From positions 3,296,001 to 3,360,000 of the forward strand of contig OZ242318.1 in NCBI GenBank assembly GCA_965208105.1: a stretch of 64,000 nt of DNA, written 5' to 3'. Under the pieces are notes generated by a model, which did no database searches, was not told the origin of the DNA, and saw nothing but the letters and a program-made list of their open reading frames with translations. Positions 8,739 through 19,240 of the stretch are shown here, one piece after another. The DNA comes from Candidatus Latescibacterota bacterium. GTDB lineage: Bacteria > Latescibacterota > UBA2968 > UBA8231. Both the position numbers and the translations under genes were made by a program. The stretch's first letter is position 1. Every line of letters begins with the position of its first letter.

Positions 8739-9896
8739 ATGGAGGAATCATTGGTTTCGACCTTTTCCGAGGACCGCAGTATCCGCATGAGCCAGGTAAG
8801 GCGCCTGGTAGTCAAGATCGGCAGCAGCAGCCTCACCACCCCCTCCAACAAGCTCAACCGCCGCGCCGTCCACAAATTGGTGGGAGATGTGGTAGCTCTG
8901 CGGAGGCAGGGCATCGAGGTAGCTATAGTCACTTCGGGCGCGGTTGCTGCCGGAATGGGTCGCCTGGGGCTGGAAGCGCGGCCTCGCGCCATCTCCGACT
9001 TGCAGGCGGTAGCAGCTGTCGGGCAGAATCTTCTGATGCATACCTACGAAAGCTTGTTCAAGCGGCACGGGGTGCGCATCGGACAGGTCTTGTTGACGGC
9101 CGAGGATATTCTGTACGAACGCCGGCGTTACCTGAATCTGGAGAATACCTTTCGCAGCCTTTTCGCGCATGATGCGGTTCCCATCATCAACGAGAACGAC
9201 AGCGTGGCGGTCGCCGAGCTCAGGCGAACGATCGGGGAAAACGACATGCTTGCTGCCTATGTGTCAAACCTGATCCAGGCTCAACTGCTGGTCATTCTCT
9301 CGAATGTCGACGGCTTGTATACGAATTACAGCGGCGGAGGGTCCAAAAGGGAGTTGGTGCGTCAGGTTTCCCATGCCGATACCGGGCTTGACGAATTGAT
9401 AGGCAAACCCGGGAAACGGGCTGGAAGTGGAGGTATGGAAACCAAGCTGCAGGCGGCAAAACTTCTGATGGCCTGCGGGGAGATGGTGGTCATTGCCCAC
9501 GCGCGCAAGCACCACCTGGCCGATATCCTGGCGGGCGAGGAGTTGGGCACATTGTTCATTCCGTCGAACAAGCGCCTGAGAAGCCGCGCGCGATGGATCG
9601 CGTTTGCATCTTCCTGCAGGGGCAGTGTCGTAGTTGACAAGGGGGCGGAATGGGCAATAACCAGGAAGGAAAAGAGTCTGCTGCCTGCCGGCATCGTCTC
9701 CTGTGAAGGCGCCTTCGCAGCCGGGGACATGATCAGAGTGGAGAATGAAAAAGGAGAGGAACTTGCCCGGGGTTTGAGTCGTTATGCCTCCGATGAAGTT
9801 CGGCTGGTTTTCGGAAAGAGTTCGCCCGAGATAGAAGAAGTTCTTGGTCGACGGGCACCGGAGGTAATTCACCGCGATGACCTGGTGATCATCTGA
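8739..9896 (+). CDS. proB: Glutamate 5-kinase with PUA domain (true start may be 8787)
   Basis: VVKIGSS, VTSGAVAAG, AAVGQ, PIINENDSV, GSGGMETK and SLLPAGI. Confidence 0.95.
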   Translation: MEESLVSTFSEDRSIRMSQVRRLVVKIGSSSLTTPSNKLNRRAVHKLVGDVVALRRQGIEVAIVTSGAVAAGMGRLGLEARPRAISDLQAVAAVGQNLLMHTYESLFKRHGVRIGQVLLTAEDILYERRRYLNLENTFRSLFAHDAVPIINENDSVAVAELRRTIGENDMLAAYVSNLIQAQLLVILSNVDGLYTNYSGGGSKRELVRQVSHADTGLDELIGKPGKRAGSGGMETKLQAAKLLMACGEMVVIAHARKHHLADILAGEELGTLFIPSNKRLRSRARWIAFASSCRGSVVVDKGAEWAITRKEKSLLPAGIVSCEGAFAAGDMIRVENEKGEELARGLSRYASDEVRLVFGKSSPEIEEVLGRRAPEVIHRDDLVII

Positions 9897-9950
9897 AAAT
9901 GGCAGAATCGCAAATGAGCATTGACATTCCTTGCTTTTCAGGAAAACTCC

Positions 9951-10298
9951 ATGGACCCTAAAATTTCCAATAGGCCGATCTTCTGGAAGGTTGTGACCGG
10001 TTCCCTCGTTATCGGATTTTTATTCTATGTATTTTTTGTCGGGAAGGCCGGTTTCTATCAGGTCTGGAACAAAAGGAGGGAATTGAAGGAGTGGGAAGTG
10101 CTCGTCGCCAGGTTGCAGGCGGAAAACGACAGCCTAAAGCAGGTCATATCGGGCCTCGAGAACGACCTGGAGTATGTGGAGAAAGTGGCGCGGGAGGAAT
10201 ACGGAATGATCAGGAAGGGCGAGATTCTCTACCGGCTGCGCAAGACTACGCCTGAAGAGGGAGAGAAGCAGGGCAGTGCCCCGAGCAGCGCCGAATAA
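9951..10298 (+). CDS. ftsB: Septum formation initiator FtsB/DivIC family protein
   Basis: Single TM helix, coiled coil and EKVAREEYGMIRKGE motif. Confidence 0.8.
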   Translation: MDPKISNRPIFWKVVTGSLVIGFLFYVFFVGKAGFYQVWNKRRELKEWEVLVARLQAENDSLKQVISGLENDLEYVEKVAREEYGMIRKGEILYRLRKTTPEEGEKQGSAPSSAE

Positions 10299-10514
10299 AT
10301 CGGGGAGGATGGGCGGCGGGATTGAAGAATTCAATTTTTCCAAGGCCCCGGGCATGTTGGAATTGCTCATGTGGATTCGAGATCCGAAGTCCTCGTCGGC
10401 GTTCGCAGGGGCTGGGGAGATATTGCTGCCCTCCAGTCAAAAATCCCGGCCCGTTCGCCGGGAAGTAGCTGGTGCGCCCTTCACGGGCATCGTCGGCTGT
10501 TTCGGGTAGCTGCC

Positions 10515-11297
10515 ATGTCCCGATTCATCCTCAAGACAAGGGCAGTTGTCCTCCGCAGCCGGCGCATCGGGGAGACCAGCAAGCTGGTTACCCTTTATTC
10601 CGAGGAACTGGGCAAGCTGAAGACCAGGGCCAGGGGAGCTCGCAAGCCGGAGAGCAAATTCGGAGCTGCGCTGGAACTCCTGACCGAGGTACACGCGGTG
10701 TGCCATGTGCGCGAGGACCGCGATGTGCAGACTCTGAGCGAATGTTCCATATCGCGATCATTCCCAGGCCTCGTCGCCAGTTTGGACCGCCTGGCCTTTG
10801 GCAGCGCAGCGCTGGAGCTGATCGAATACCTGACCATCGAGAACGAGCCAAACAAACGGCTCTACCTTTGTCTGTCGGGAGTACTGGGTGCGCTGGAGGA
10901 GGTGGATTTGGACCGGGCGGAGGTGGTGTTCTGGTACTTCGAGTTACGTGTGGCCGAAGCTCTCGGATATCGGCCTGAGTTGACTTGCTGTGTCACCTGC
11001 AGCACCGAGTTGGAAGGGAGGCATCTGTGGTTCAGCGCTGCTCAGGGAGGAGGGCTATGCGCGAACTGCGGTCGGACTTCCGGGCGGCGCATAGCTGGTG
11101 AGAGCCTGAGGTTTCTGGCTCGTCTCCAATCTCTCAGGGCCTACCGGCGGGAGGTGATTCCGCCAACCCCGCCACACTCTTCCGAGATTCGTTCCATGTT
11201 GCGGAGCTTCCTCGAGTACCATTTCGGAAGGCGGGAACAGCTCAAGGCACTCGACTTTTGGGGAGCGGTCAGAGGCAGAACAATGCAAACAGGTTAG
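10515..11297 (+). CDS. recO: DNA repair protein RecO
   Basis: AVVLR...GETSKLVTLYS...GK...ARGARKP.SKFG and GYRPEL..C..C...GG..C..C zinc finger. Confidence 0.93.
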   Translation: MSRFILKTRAVVLRSRRIGETSKLVTLYSEELGKLKTRARGARKPESKFGAALELLTEVHAVCHVREDRDVQTLSECSISRSFPGLVASLDRLAFGSAALELIEYLTIENEPNKRLYLCLSGVLGALEEVDLDRAEVVFWYFELRVAEALGYRPELTCCVTCSTELEGRHLWFSAAQGGGLCANCGRTSGRRIAGESLRFLARLQSLRAYRREVIPPTPPHSSEIRSMLRSFLEYHFGRREQLKALDFWGAVRGRTMQTG

Positions 11298-11343
11298 AGC
11301 ATGGGAGGAGAATTCCTCATGTGCGGGTCAGCAGGAGATATAG

Positions 11344-12681
11344 ATGGTTGACATTATGGACAAGCTTGTATCTCTATGCAAGCGGAGGGGGTTTATTTTC
11401 CAGAGCTCGGAAATCTACGGCGGCCTCAACGGCTGCTGGGACTACGGACCGCTCGGCGTAGAGTTGTTGCGCAATGTCAAGGAGGTCTGGTGGAAGTCCA
11501 TGACTTACCGCGATGACATCGATGGGCTGGACGCCAGCATACTGATGCATCCACGGGTCTGGGAGGCTTCCGGCCACGTGGATGGATTCACCGACCCATT
11601 GATCGATTGCCGCAGCTGCAAGTCGCGCTTTCGAGAAGACATGCTGAGCGACGAAAGGCGACGGGAAGGTCAGTGCCCGAATTGCGGCAACAAGGACGTG
11701 CTCACCGAGCCCCGCGCCTTTAACCTGATGTTCGAGACCTTCGTGGGTCCCGTCAGGGAGGACGGCGGCAGGGTTTACCTGAGACCCGAAACCGCCCAGG
11801 GCAGCTACGTCAACTTTGTAAATGTTCAAACAGCCATGCGGCGCAAGCTGCCTTTTGGAATCGCACAGATCGGCAAGGCATTCCGCAACGAGATCAACAC
11901 CCGCAACTTCCTCTTTCGAACGCGAGAATTCGAGCAAATGGAAATGCAGTTCTTCGTCGCGCCGGGCACCGAGGACGAGTGGTTCGAATACTGGAAGGAG
12001 GAGCGCTGGAACTGGTTCCGGGCTATCGGCATCTCCAGGGGGAAACTCCGGTGGCATGAACATGTCGGGGACGAGCTGGCCCATTACGCTCGGGCCGCTT
12101 GCGATATCCAGTACGAATTCCCGTTTGGCTGGGGCGAAGTGGAGGGTATTCACAACCGGGGCGACTACGACCTCTCTCAGCACGAGGCGTTTTCGGGCAA
12201 GGCCCTCAGGTACTTTGACGACAAGAGCAGGGAAAAAATCCTGCCCGTCGTGGTGGAGACTGCGATAGGGGCCGGCCGCGTGTCCATGGCGTGCCTGGCC
12301 AACGCCTACCATGAAGAAGAGGTTGATGGTGAAAAGCGCACGGTCATGCGGTTCCACCCCCAGGTTGCACCTGTAAAGGTGGCGGTCCTGCCTCTGGTCA
12401 AGCGCGACAACATGCCGGAGGTGGCTCGCAGGATTGCCGCTGATCTGCGCCCCCATTTTCGAGTGTTCTATGACGAGAGCGGCGCCATTGGGAGGCGATA
12501 CCGCCGCATGGACGAGGTGGGAACGCCCTACTGTATCACGGTGGACTCCCGGACTTTGGAAGACGAGACCGCGACGGTGCGCGAACGAGATTCCATGGCA
12601 CAGGACAGGGTGCAGATCTCCAGGCTCAAGGATGAAGTAGACCGCCGGATGGTTGGCTGGCAGTTGCCGGATGGGAGCTGA
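11344..12681 (+). CDS. glyQS: Glycine--tRNA ligase, homodimeric (alpha2) type
   Basis: KRRGFIFQSSEIYGG, YLRPETAQG, IGKAFRNEI, FRTREFEQME and IGRRYRRMDEVGTP. Confidence 0.96.
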   Translation: MVDIMDKLVSLCKRRGFIFQSSEIYGGLNGCWDYGPLGVELLRNVKEVWWKSMTYRDDIDGLDASILMHPRVWEASGHVDGFTDPLIDCRSCKSRFREDMLSDERRREGQCPNCGNKDVLTEPRAFNLMFETFVGPVREDGGRVYLRPETAQGSYVNFVNVQTAMRRKLPFGIAQIGKAFRNEINTRNFLFRTREFEQMEMQFFVAPGTEDEWFEYWKEERWNWFRAIGISRGKLRWHEHVGDELAHYARAACDIQYEFPFGWGEVEGIHNRGDYDLSQHEAFSGKALRYFDDKSREKILPVVVETAIGAGRVSMACLANAYHEEEVDGEKRTVMRFHPQVAPVKVAVLPLVKRDNMPEVARRIAADLRPHFRVFYDESGAIGRRYRRMDEVGTPYCITVDSRTLEDETATVRERDSMAQDRVQISRLKDEVDRRMVGWQLPDGS

Positions 12682-12697
12682 ACGGAACCTTGAGCGC

Positions 12698-12725
12698 TTG
12701 ACCCTCGATTTTGTAACGGTATAAT
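12698..12725 (+). promoter_or_regulatory. Sigma70 promoter for tRNA-Leu/tig
   Basis: TTGACC-16 bp-TATAAT, 14 bp before the tRNA. Confidence 0.75.
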
Positions 12726-12739
12726 TTATTCCGTGTGCT

Positions 12740-12822
12740 GCGAGAGTGGCGGAACTGGTAGACGCGCCAGATTTAGGATCTGGTGCCCACAAGGCGTGGG
12801 GGTTCGAGTCCCCCCTCTCGCA
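12740..12822 (+). tRNA. tRNA-Leu(TAG), CCA not encoded
   Basis: Acceptor GCGAGAG/CTCTCGC, D-arm GGCGGAACTGGTAGACGC, anticodon arm CCAGA-TTTAGGA-TCTGG, long variable arm, T-loop GTTCGAGTC; usual position before tig. Confidence 0.96.
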
Positions 12823-12845
12823 CGTCAGAAAAAAGGGCGGCTGCC

Positions 12846-14099
12846 GTGAAGACGAAGGTGACAGAGAAGGGCGAATGGGAGCGCGAGTTGGAGGTAGAGG
12901 TTCCTGCCGAGCGCATCGAAAAGGAGTTCGACCGCGCCTACAGGCACTACCGGAAGCGCGTGGAGGTTCCTGGTTTCCGCAAAGGCAAGGCTCCCCTGAA
13001 TATTATCAAGGTGCGTTACGGCGAGTCGATAAGGGGAAATGTCATCAACGACTTGCTCCCGAGTCTGGTCGAAGAGGCTACGCGCGAGACTGGCCTGGTC
13101 CCGGTTGGTCCACCCACAGTTGCCAGGCTCGAGTATGAGCCTGGCCGGGGACTGAGCTTCACCGCGTTGCTTGAGGTATGGCCCGAGATCGAGGTTGCAA
13201 ATTGGGAAAAGCTGAAGGTTACAGCGATCGTCCATCAGGTGACCGATGAAGAGATCGATGCCCAGATAGAAGAAATTCGCAACAGGGATGCCACCGAAAA
13301 ATCGGTGCAACGTGGGCTTGAGAAGGGCGATGTAATGATTGCCGATCTACAGAGGCTGGATGAAGGTGGACTGCCGATAATCGGAGATAAGTTCGAGGAA
13401 CGCCACTTCATCATCGGTGCTGGAAATGAAGCCAACCGGGAGTTTGAGGAGGCCCTGATCGGAGTGAGGGCCGGCGAGGAGCGCAGGATACGGCTTCCTC
13501 ATGGAGATGGAAGACCCGGCGAGGAAATGGCCGGGAGGGAGGACTACTTCAGCGTCAGGGTCCGCGAAGTTCGCGAACGCACCCTTCCCGAACTTGACGA
13601 CGACTTTGCCAGGGACCTAGGCGAACAATTCAGCAACCTGGAGGACCTTCGGGAGCATATCTCCAGGCAGCTTGCCCAGCGTTGGGAGATGATGAGCAGG
13701 CACCATATCCGCAGCAGCCTGATTGAGGAATTGATCAAAGCCAACCCGTTCGATCTGCCCGGGAGCATGGTGGAAAATTATCTGCACAACATTCACAAGG
13801 AGCGCGGCCATGACCATCGCCATGACCACGGGCATGACCATAGTGAGGAGGAAAGGACGACTGCCGTGCGGCGTCTGAAAAGCTATTTGCTGATCGATGC
13901 CGTGGGTAAAATTGCCGCTATTGAAGTAGGCGATGAAGAATTGGACCAATTCCTTGAAATGCGCGCCGGGGAAATGGGCGTAAAGATCGAGGAATTGAGG
14001 CGCTCGGAAGGGGTGGATAATCTGCGCCGCGAACTGGTGGAGAACAAGGTTTTCGACTTCCTCATTGAACGCGCTGAGGTGGAGGAAAAGTCGGTATGA
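12846..14099 (+). CDS. tig: Trigger factor
   Basis: VPGFRKGKAP signature, FKBP-like middle domain, LPELDDDFA; upstream of clpP. Confidence 0.95.
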   Translation: MKTKVTEKGEWERELEVEVPAERIEKEFDRAYRHYRKRVEVPGFRKGKAPLNIIKVRYGESIRGNVINDLLPSLVEEATRETGLVPVGPPTVARLEYEPGRGLSFTALLEVWPEIEVANWEKLKVTAIVHQVTDEEIDAQIEEIRNRDATEKSVQRGLEKGDVMIADLQRLDEGGLPIIGDKFEERHFIIGAGNEANREFEEALIGVRAGEERRIRLPHGDGRPGEEMAGREDYFSVRVREVRERTLPELDDDFARDLGEQFSNLEDLREHISRQLAQRWEMMSRHHIRSSLIEELIKANPFDLPGSMVENYLHNIHKERGHDHRHDHGHDHSEEERTTAVRRLKSYLLIDAVGKIAAIEVGDEELDQFLEMRAGEMGVKIEELRRSEGVDNLRRELVENKVFDFLIERAEVEEKSV

Positions 14100-14154
14100 A
14101 CAGCGAAGGCGAAGGCTTGAGCGGTGCATGTCTTCCAGAGGAAGGATCCGATAA

Positions 14155-14754
14155 ATGTCTTTGATTCCCATGGTAGTCGAGCAGACGGGACGAGGCGAGC
14201 GTTCCTACGATATCTACTCTCGCTTGCTTAAGGATCGAATTATTTTTGTTGGAACACCCATTAACGACGCGATTGCGAACCTCGTGATAGCCCAATTGTT
14301 GTTTCTGGTTTCGGAGGATCCAAAGAAGGACATCGATCTCTTTCTGAACACTCCGGGTGGCTCGGTAACCGCGGGAATAGCTGTTTACGACACCATGCAG
14401 TATATTTCTACGGATGTTGCCACCACCTGCATCGGACAGGCTTCCAGCATGGGAGCCGTGCTCCTGGCGGGCGGAGCCAAAGGCAAGCGCAGGGCTCTGC
14501 CCAACGCGCGTATCCTGCTGCATCAGCCCATGGGAGGGATCGGCGGCCAAGCCGCGGACGTAGAGATCCACGCCCGCGAAATCATAAAAATCCGCCAGCA
14601 ACTGAACGAAATTCTGGCATCCAGCACCGGTCAGCCCCTGGAGCGCATCGAAAGGGACACGGAGCGCGATTTTTTCATGAGTCCCGATGAGGCCAGTCAG
14701 TACGGTCTGATCGACGAGATCATTTTGCCGCAGGCAGGAGTCGATACCGAATAG
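14155..14754 (+). CDS. clpP: ATP-dependent Clp protease proteolytic subunit
   Basis: [33 protein letters not shown] and DTERDFFM. Confidence 0.98.
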   Translation: MSLIPMVVEQTGRGERSYDIYSRLLKDRIIFVGTPINDAIANLVIAQLLFLVSEDPKKDIDLFLNTPGGSVTAGIAVYDTMQYISTDVATTCIGQASSMGAVLLAGGAKGKRRALPNARILLHQPMGGIGGQAADVEIHAREIIKIRQQLNEILASSTGQPLERIERDTERDFFMSPDEASQYGLIDEIILPQAGVDTE

Positions 14755-14793
14755 GTCGAGGTTATCGGCTGAACTTTCCGAGAGGGAAGCGAT

Positions 14794-16038
14794 TTGCGAC
14801 GACGCCCCCCAAAAAGCGAGCCGCGCTGCTCCTTCTGTGGCCGTGGTGCCCATCAGGTGGAGAAGATTATCACGGGCTCCTCGGTTCATATCTGCAACGA
14901 GTGTGTCAAGCTGTGCAACGATGTGCTCGCCGAGGAGAAGAAGCAGACCCTGCCCCTGGAGACGGAGTCCACTCCCAAGCCGACAGAGATCAAGGATTTC
15001 CTCGAGGAGTATGTGATCGGACAGGAGCGCGCCAAAAAGATCCTGTGCGTGGCGGTTTACAACCACTACAAAAGAATTCGTTCCAATGTTGCGCTCGAGG
15101 GGGTGGAACTCGACAAAAGCAACATTCTCATGATCGGTCCTACGGGCACCGGCAAAACGCTGCTGGCACAGACCCTGGCCAGGGTATTGCAGGTTCCCTT
15201 CTCGATAGCCGACGCCACCATTTTGACGGAGGCAGGGTATGTAGGCGAGGACGTGGAAAACATTCTGGTTGGGCTGCTGCAGGCTGCAGACTACGATGTC
15301 GCCTGGGCTGAAAAGGGAATTCTCTACCTGGATGAGGTCGATAAGATTGCCCGCAAAAGCGCCACGCCAGCGGTAAACCGCGATGTCTCCGGAGAGGGCG
15401 TGCAGCAGGCATTGCTCAAAATCATCGAGGGAACAATTGCCAACATTCCGCCCAAGGGAGGGCGAAAGCATCCCGAACAGCCCATGATCCAGATGAATAC
15501 CCGCAACATTCTCTTCATCTGTGGAGGTGCCTTCGAGGGACTTGAGAAAAACATCAGCCAGCGCCTGGGGAAGCGCACCATAGGCTTTGGTTCTTCTACT
15601 GATGCGGAGGAGGAGGAGTTGGAGGACATCCTGGCGCAGGTGCAGCCGGAGGATCTGCTTGCATATGGCCTCATCCCGGAATTCGTCGGCCGCGTGCCCG
15701 TTCTCACGACTCTGGATTCACTGAGCAGAGAAGATCTGTTCAAGATTCTGACGGAACCCAAGAATGCAATAATCAAACAGACCCAGCGGCTCTTTGAGAT
15801 GGACGGAGTTGATCTCGAATTCAGCGATGCGGCTCTCCATAAAATCGTCGAGTTGACGATTCAAAAAGGCACGGGTGCCCGCGGTCTGCGTGCGGTGTTG
15901 GAGCATGCATTGATGGATATCATGTACGATACTCCCTCAAAGGATGGGATCCGCAAGCTTCTGGTAACGGATGATACAATTGAAAAAGGTGTGGAGGAGA
16001 GTGACGATGAGGGCGAGTTGATGCGCAAGAGGGCGTGA
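14794..16038 (+). CDS. clpX: Clp protease ATP-binding subunit
   Basis: CSFC zinc finger, [33 protein letters not shown] and GARGLR. Confidence 0.98.
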   Translation: MRRRPPKSEPRCSFCGRGAHQVEKIITGSSVHICNECVKLCNDVLAEEKKQTLPLETESTPKPTEIKDFLEEYVIGQERAKKILCVAVYNHYKRIRSNVALEGVELDKSNILMIGPTGTGKTLLAQTLARVLQVPFSIADATILTEAGYVGEDVENILVGLLQAADYDVAWAEKGILYLDEVDKIARKSATPAVNRDVSGEGVQQALLKIIEGTIANIPPKGGRKHPEQPMIQMNTRNILFICGGAFEGLEKNISQRLGKRTIGFGSSTDAEEEELEDILAQVQPEDLLAYGLIPEFVGRVPVLTTLDSLSREDLFKILTEPKNAIIKQTQRLFEMDGVDLEFSDAALHKIVELTIQKGTGARGLRAVLEHALMDIMYDTPSKDGIRKLLVTDDTIEKGVEESDDEGELMRKRA

Positions 16039-16414
16039 ATGCCAGGAGTTTGCACTGCCGATTCCCTGCAGGCCGTCTTCTGCTCGCGGCTGGTTTTCCG
16101 CTCCTCACAACTTTGGTGAACATTCGACCTGAACTCCGGCCAGCGGCGTCCCGCCCGCTCGCCCTCCTCGATTCTGCGCGTTTTCCCGGGACTGTACTCA
16201 AGTGGAAGGGAACCGGCGAGGCCCTTGCGGGTTCGGGTGCATTTTCCCGTGGATACCATCCCTTGGAGTGACCGGGCCCGGTTGAGACCGGGGCTGACAG
16301 GCACTGCAATCCGGGAGTGATTCAGGCAGGGGTTGGGGACTCCCAGGCGCGGGCAATTAATTGTTTTCAGGCTTCCGTCGCATGGCGAGATCAATTCAAT
16401 CATCCTGGTCTGAC

Positions 16415-17008
16415 ATGCACATTCGCTCCGCTGAATTCACAATTGGTGCGGTCCGTCAGGCGGACCTGCCCTCGGATGGAATTCCCGAGATTGCCTTTTC
16501 CGGGCGGTCCAATGTCGGGAAATCCTCACTAATCAACAGTCTTTTGCAGCGCAGGAAATTGGCTCACACCAGCTCGACTCCGGGAAAGACGCAGCAACTC
16601 AACTACTACCGGGTCAATCACAGATTCTTCTTCGTCGATCTTCCAGGCTACGGATTTGTCCAGGGGGGAGTTGCCCTGCGGGAAAAGCTGGGGAGGCTTA
16701 CCGAGACCTACCTGGAGAACCGTCGAGAGCTGCGCGCCGTGGTTCAGTTGGTGGACGCTCGTCACGGCCCCACGAAACTTGATCTGACCATGATCGACTG
16801 GCTCCGAAACTGTCGAAAACCTTTTTTGCTGGTCTTTACCAAGGCCGATAAACTTTCGCGCAGCAAACTTTGCAAACAGCTCGACCTGATTGAGTCGGAA
16901 GGGCGATTGGCAGGGATTTCATTCGTGCCGTTCTCGGCTCTGAATGGCCGGGGGAGAGCGGATGTATTGGAGTGGATTTCCACCGCCGTTCAGCCCAGGG
17001 AGGATTGA
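16415..17008 (+). CDS. engB: Ribosome biogenesis GTPase YihA/YsxC
   Basis: GRSNVGKSS, TPGKT, VDLPGYG and TKADK. Confidence 0.95.
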   Translation: MHIRSAEFTIGAVRQADLPSDGIPEIAFSGRSNVGKSSLINSLLQRRKLAHTSSTPGKTQQLNYYRVNHRFFFVDLPGYGFVQGGVALREKLGRLTETYLENRRELRAVVQLVDARHGPTKLDLTMIDWLRNCRKPFLLVFTKADKLSRSKLCKQLDLIESEGRLAGISFVPFSALNGRGRADVLEWISTAVQPRED

Positions 17009-17023
17009 GGCGAAGGAATTGTC

Positions 17024-18304
17024 ATGCCGGCAAAGATAGTTCTGGGAGCACAGTGGGGCGACGAAGGCAAGGCCAAGGTCATCGACTACCTGACTCTAGA
17101 TGCCGACCTGGTGGTGCGCTATCAGGGGGGTGCCAATGCAGGTCATACCGTCAAGGTGGGAGAAAGTACCTTTGTCTTTCACATGATTCCCTCTGGAATC
17201 ATGCATCCGGACAAAATTTGCGCTATCGGGAATGGCGTGGTCGTTGACCCCGTAGCGCTGATCTCCGAGATGGACGAATTGGCCGGGAAGGGAATTTCCA
17301 TTGATGGCCGCCTGTTTATCAGCCAGAGTGCTCATCTGGTTATGCCCTATCACATGGCTCTGGAAGAGGCCGGCGAGGAGAGTCAGGGAAGTGAACGAAT
17401 AGGTACCACAAGGCGCGGAATCGGTCCCTGCTATCAGGACAAGGTGGAGCGCACCCATGGGGTGAGGGTCATGGACCTGTTGGATGCCGACTATCTTCGC
17501 GGGAAATTGAGAACCGTCATCAGTGCCAAGAACCAGATTCTTACCCGTGTCTACGGAGGGCAAACGCTGAACGAGGACGAGATCATCGAGGCCTACATCG
17601 GCTACGGGGACCGCCTCCAGGGCTATGTCACAGATACCTCCGTTCTGGTCAACGAGGCTATTGACGCTGGCAGGACCGTGCTGTTCGAAGGAGCCCAGGG
17701 GACCTTGCTGGATATCGATCACGGAACCTACCCTTTTGTTACGTCCTCAAATACCACCGCGGGCGGAGTTTGCACCGGAAGCGGGGTTGGACCAACCCGT
17801 ATAGACGAGGTCATCGGGGTGACCAAGGCTTATACAACACGAGTGGGCAATGGACCCTTTCCCACCGAGTTGTTCGACCAAACGGGCGATCAGATCCGAG
17901 CGTTGGGCCACGAGTACGGAGCCACTACGGGCCGGTCGCGCCGCTGCGGTTGGTTTGACGCCCCGATACTGCGCCTGGCCGCCCGGATCAACGGGCTTAC
18001 GAGCCTGGCTCTCACCCGTCTGGATGTCCTCGATACCCTCGAGCGGTTGCAGTTTTGCGTCGGATACCAGTGCGGAGACACGGTCCTGGACGAGTTCCCC
18101 TCGAATCCCAGGATCCTGTCCAGGTGCACTCCAATCTACGAGGAAATGGAGGGTTGGTGCTGTTCGACGAGAGAGATTCGGCGCTTTGCAGACCTTCCTC
18201 GAAACGCCCGCAACTACGTGGAGCGCATCGCCGAGCTGGGCCGGACGCCTGTGTCCCTGGTATCCGTAGGGCCGGAACGCGAGTCCACCATCGACATCGC
18301 CTGA
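17024..18304 (+). CDS. purA: Adenylosuccinate synthetase
   Basis: GAQWGDEGK, QGGANAGHT, EGAQG..LDIDHGTYPFVTSS and TTGR.RRCGWFD. Confidence 0.98.
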   Translation: MPAKIVLGAQWGDEGKAKVIDYLTLDADLVVRYQGGANAGHTVKVGESTFVFHMIPSGIMHPDKICAIGNGVVVDPVALISEMDELAGKGISIDGRLFISQSAHLVMPYHMALEEAGEESQGSERIGTTRRGIGPCYQDKVERTHGVRVMDLLDADYLRGKLRTVISAKNQILTRVYGGQTLNEDEIIEAYIGYGDRLQGYVTDTSVLVNEAIDAGRTVLFEGAQGTLLDIDHGTYPFVTSSNTTAGGVCTGSGVGPTRIDEVIGVTKAYTTRVGNGPFPTELFDQTGDQIRALGHEYGATTGRSRRCGWFDAPILRLAARINGLTSLALTRLDVLDTLERLQFCVGYQCGDTVLDEFPSNPRILSRCTPIYEEMEGWCCSTREIRRFADLPRNARNYVERIAELGRTPVSLVSVGPERESTIDIA

Positions 18305-18316
18305 TTGCAGCACTAT

Positions 18317-19240
18317 ATGCTCCTAGCCGCAGATGAACCCTCGGTAAACAGACCGAGGGCCCTACGCCAGCTTATCGAGGGAAAAACCCTGGTCTTACCG
18401 GGCGTTTTCAATGCCCCGGTGGCCATGTTGGCCGAGCGTTTGGGATTTGAGGGCGTCTATATCTCCGGCGCCGGCCTGATAAACGGCATGGCGGGGTACC
18501 CGGACATCGGCCTCCTGGGCATGGATGAGGTAGTGCGGGGAGCGGGCTACATCACCCGCGCCACGAAGTTGCCAGCCGTCTGCGATGCGGATACCGGATT
18601 CGGGGAAGTTCTCCAGGTCATGCGCACGGTCCAGGCCTTCGAACGCGCCGGAGTGGCCGGAATTCACCTGGAAGATCAGCAGATGCCCAAGCGCTGCGGA
18701 CACCTGGAGGGCAAATCGCTCATCGGATGCGTCGAGATGGAGCGTAAACTGGCCGCTGCGGCCGAAGCCCGGCAGGACCCTGACTTCATGCTGATCGCCC
18801 GCACGGACGCGCGCAGCGTCGAGGGATTTGACCGGAGTGTCGAGCGTGGCCTGCGCTACCTGGAAGCAGGCGCAGACGCCATTTTCCCCGAGGCGCTTCT
18901 TACCCCCGAGGAGTTCGCCCTCTACGCCGAAAAGGTAAAAGCCCCGCTGATGGCCAACATGACGGAGTTTGGCAAGTCCCCTTCGATCACCGTGGAGTCG
19001 TTTGCCGCCATGGGCTACAAGATGGTGATTTTTCCGATGACGGCCTTCAGGGTAATGATGAGGGCGGTGGAGGACCTGCTTCGCGAGATCAGGGACAAGG
19101 GTACGGCCGACGCCTACCTGGAGCGTATGCAGACCCGCCGGGAATTCTACGAACTGATTCAATACGGGAAGTATTCTGAGATGGATGAGGCCATCAGGGC
19201 CCGCTTTCCGCAACGCAAAGGAAGAACCGACCATGAATGA
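18317..19240 (+). CDS. prpB: 2-methylisocitrate lyase
   Basis: DADTGFG, EDQ..PKRCGHL.GK, IARTDAR and ANMTEFGK; coupled to a citrate synthase gene. Confidence 0.9.
   Translation: MLLAADEPSVNRPRALRQLIEGKTLVLPGVFNAPVAMLAERLGFEGVYISGAGLINGMAGYPDIGLLGMDEVVRGAGYITRATKLPAVCDADTGFGEVLQVMRTVQAFERAGVAGIHLEDQQMPKRCGHLEGKSLIGCVEMERKLAAAAEARQDPDFMLIARTDARSVEGFDRSVERGLRYLEAGADAIFPEALLTPEEFALYAEKVKAPLMANMTEFGKSPSITVESFAAMGYKMVIFPMTAFRVMMRAVEDLLREIRDKGTADAYLERMQTRREFYELIQYGKYSEMDEAIRARFPQRKGRTDHE

Noticed and set aside
10321-10335. Palindrome ATTGAA-GAA-TTCAAT upstream of recO
   Set aside because: Single occurrence with no regulator to assign; could be chance
12740-12822. tRNA-Leu as an island integration site
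   Set aside because: No duplicated tRNA 3' end or integrase seen; the normal tRNA-tig-clpPX order is intact
11374-15471. Long antisense ORFs (472 aa and 469 aa) opposite glyQS and clpP/clpX
   Set aside because: Shadow ORFs expected in GC-rich coding DNA; no motifs
16055-16320. Possible 6S RNA
   Set aside because: Could not build the long closing stem and central bubble by eye; kept only as an unexplained gap
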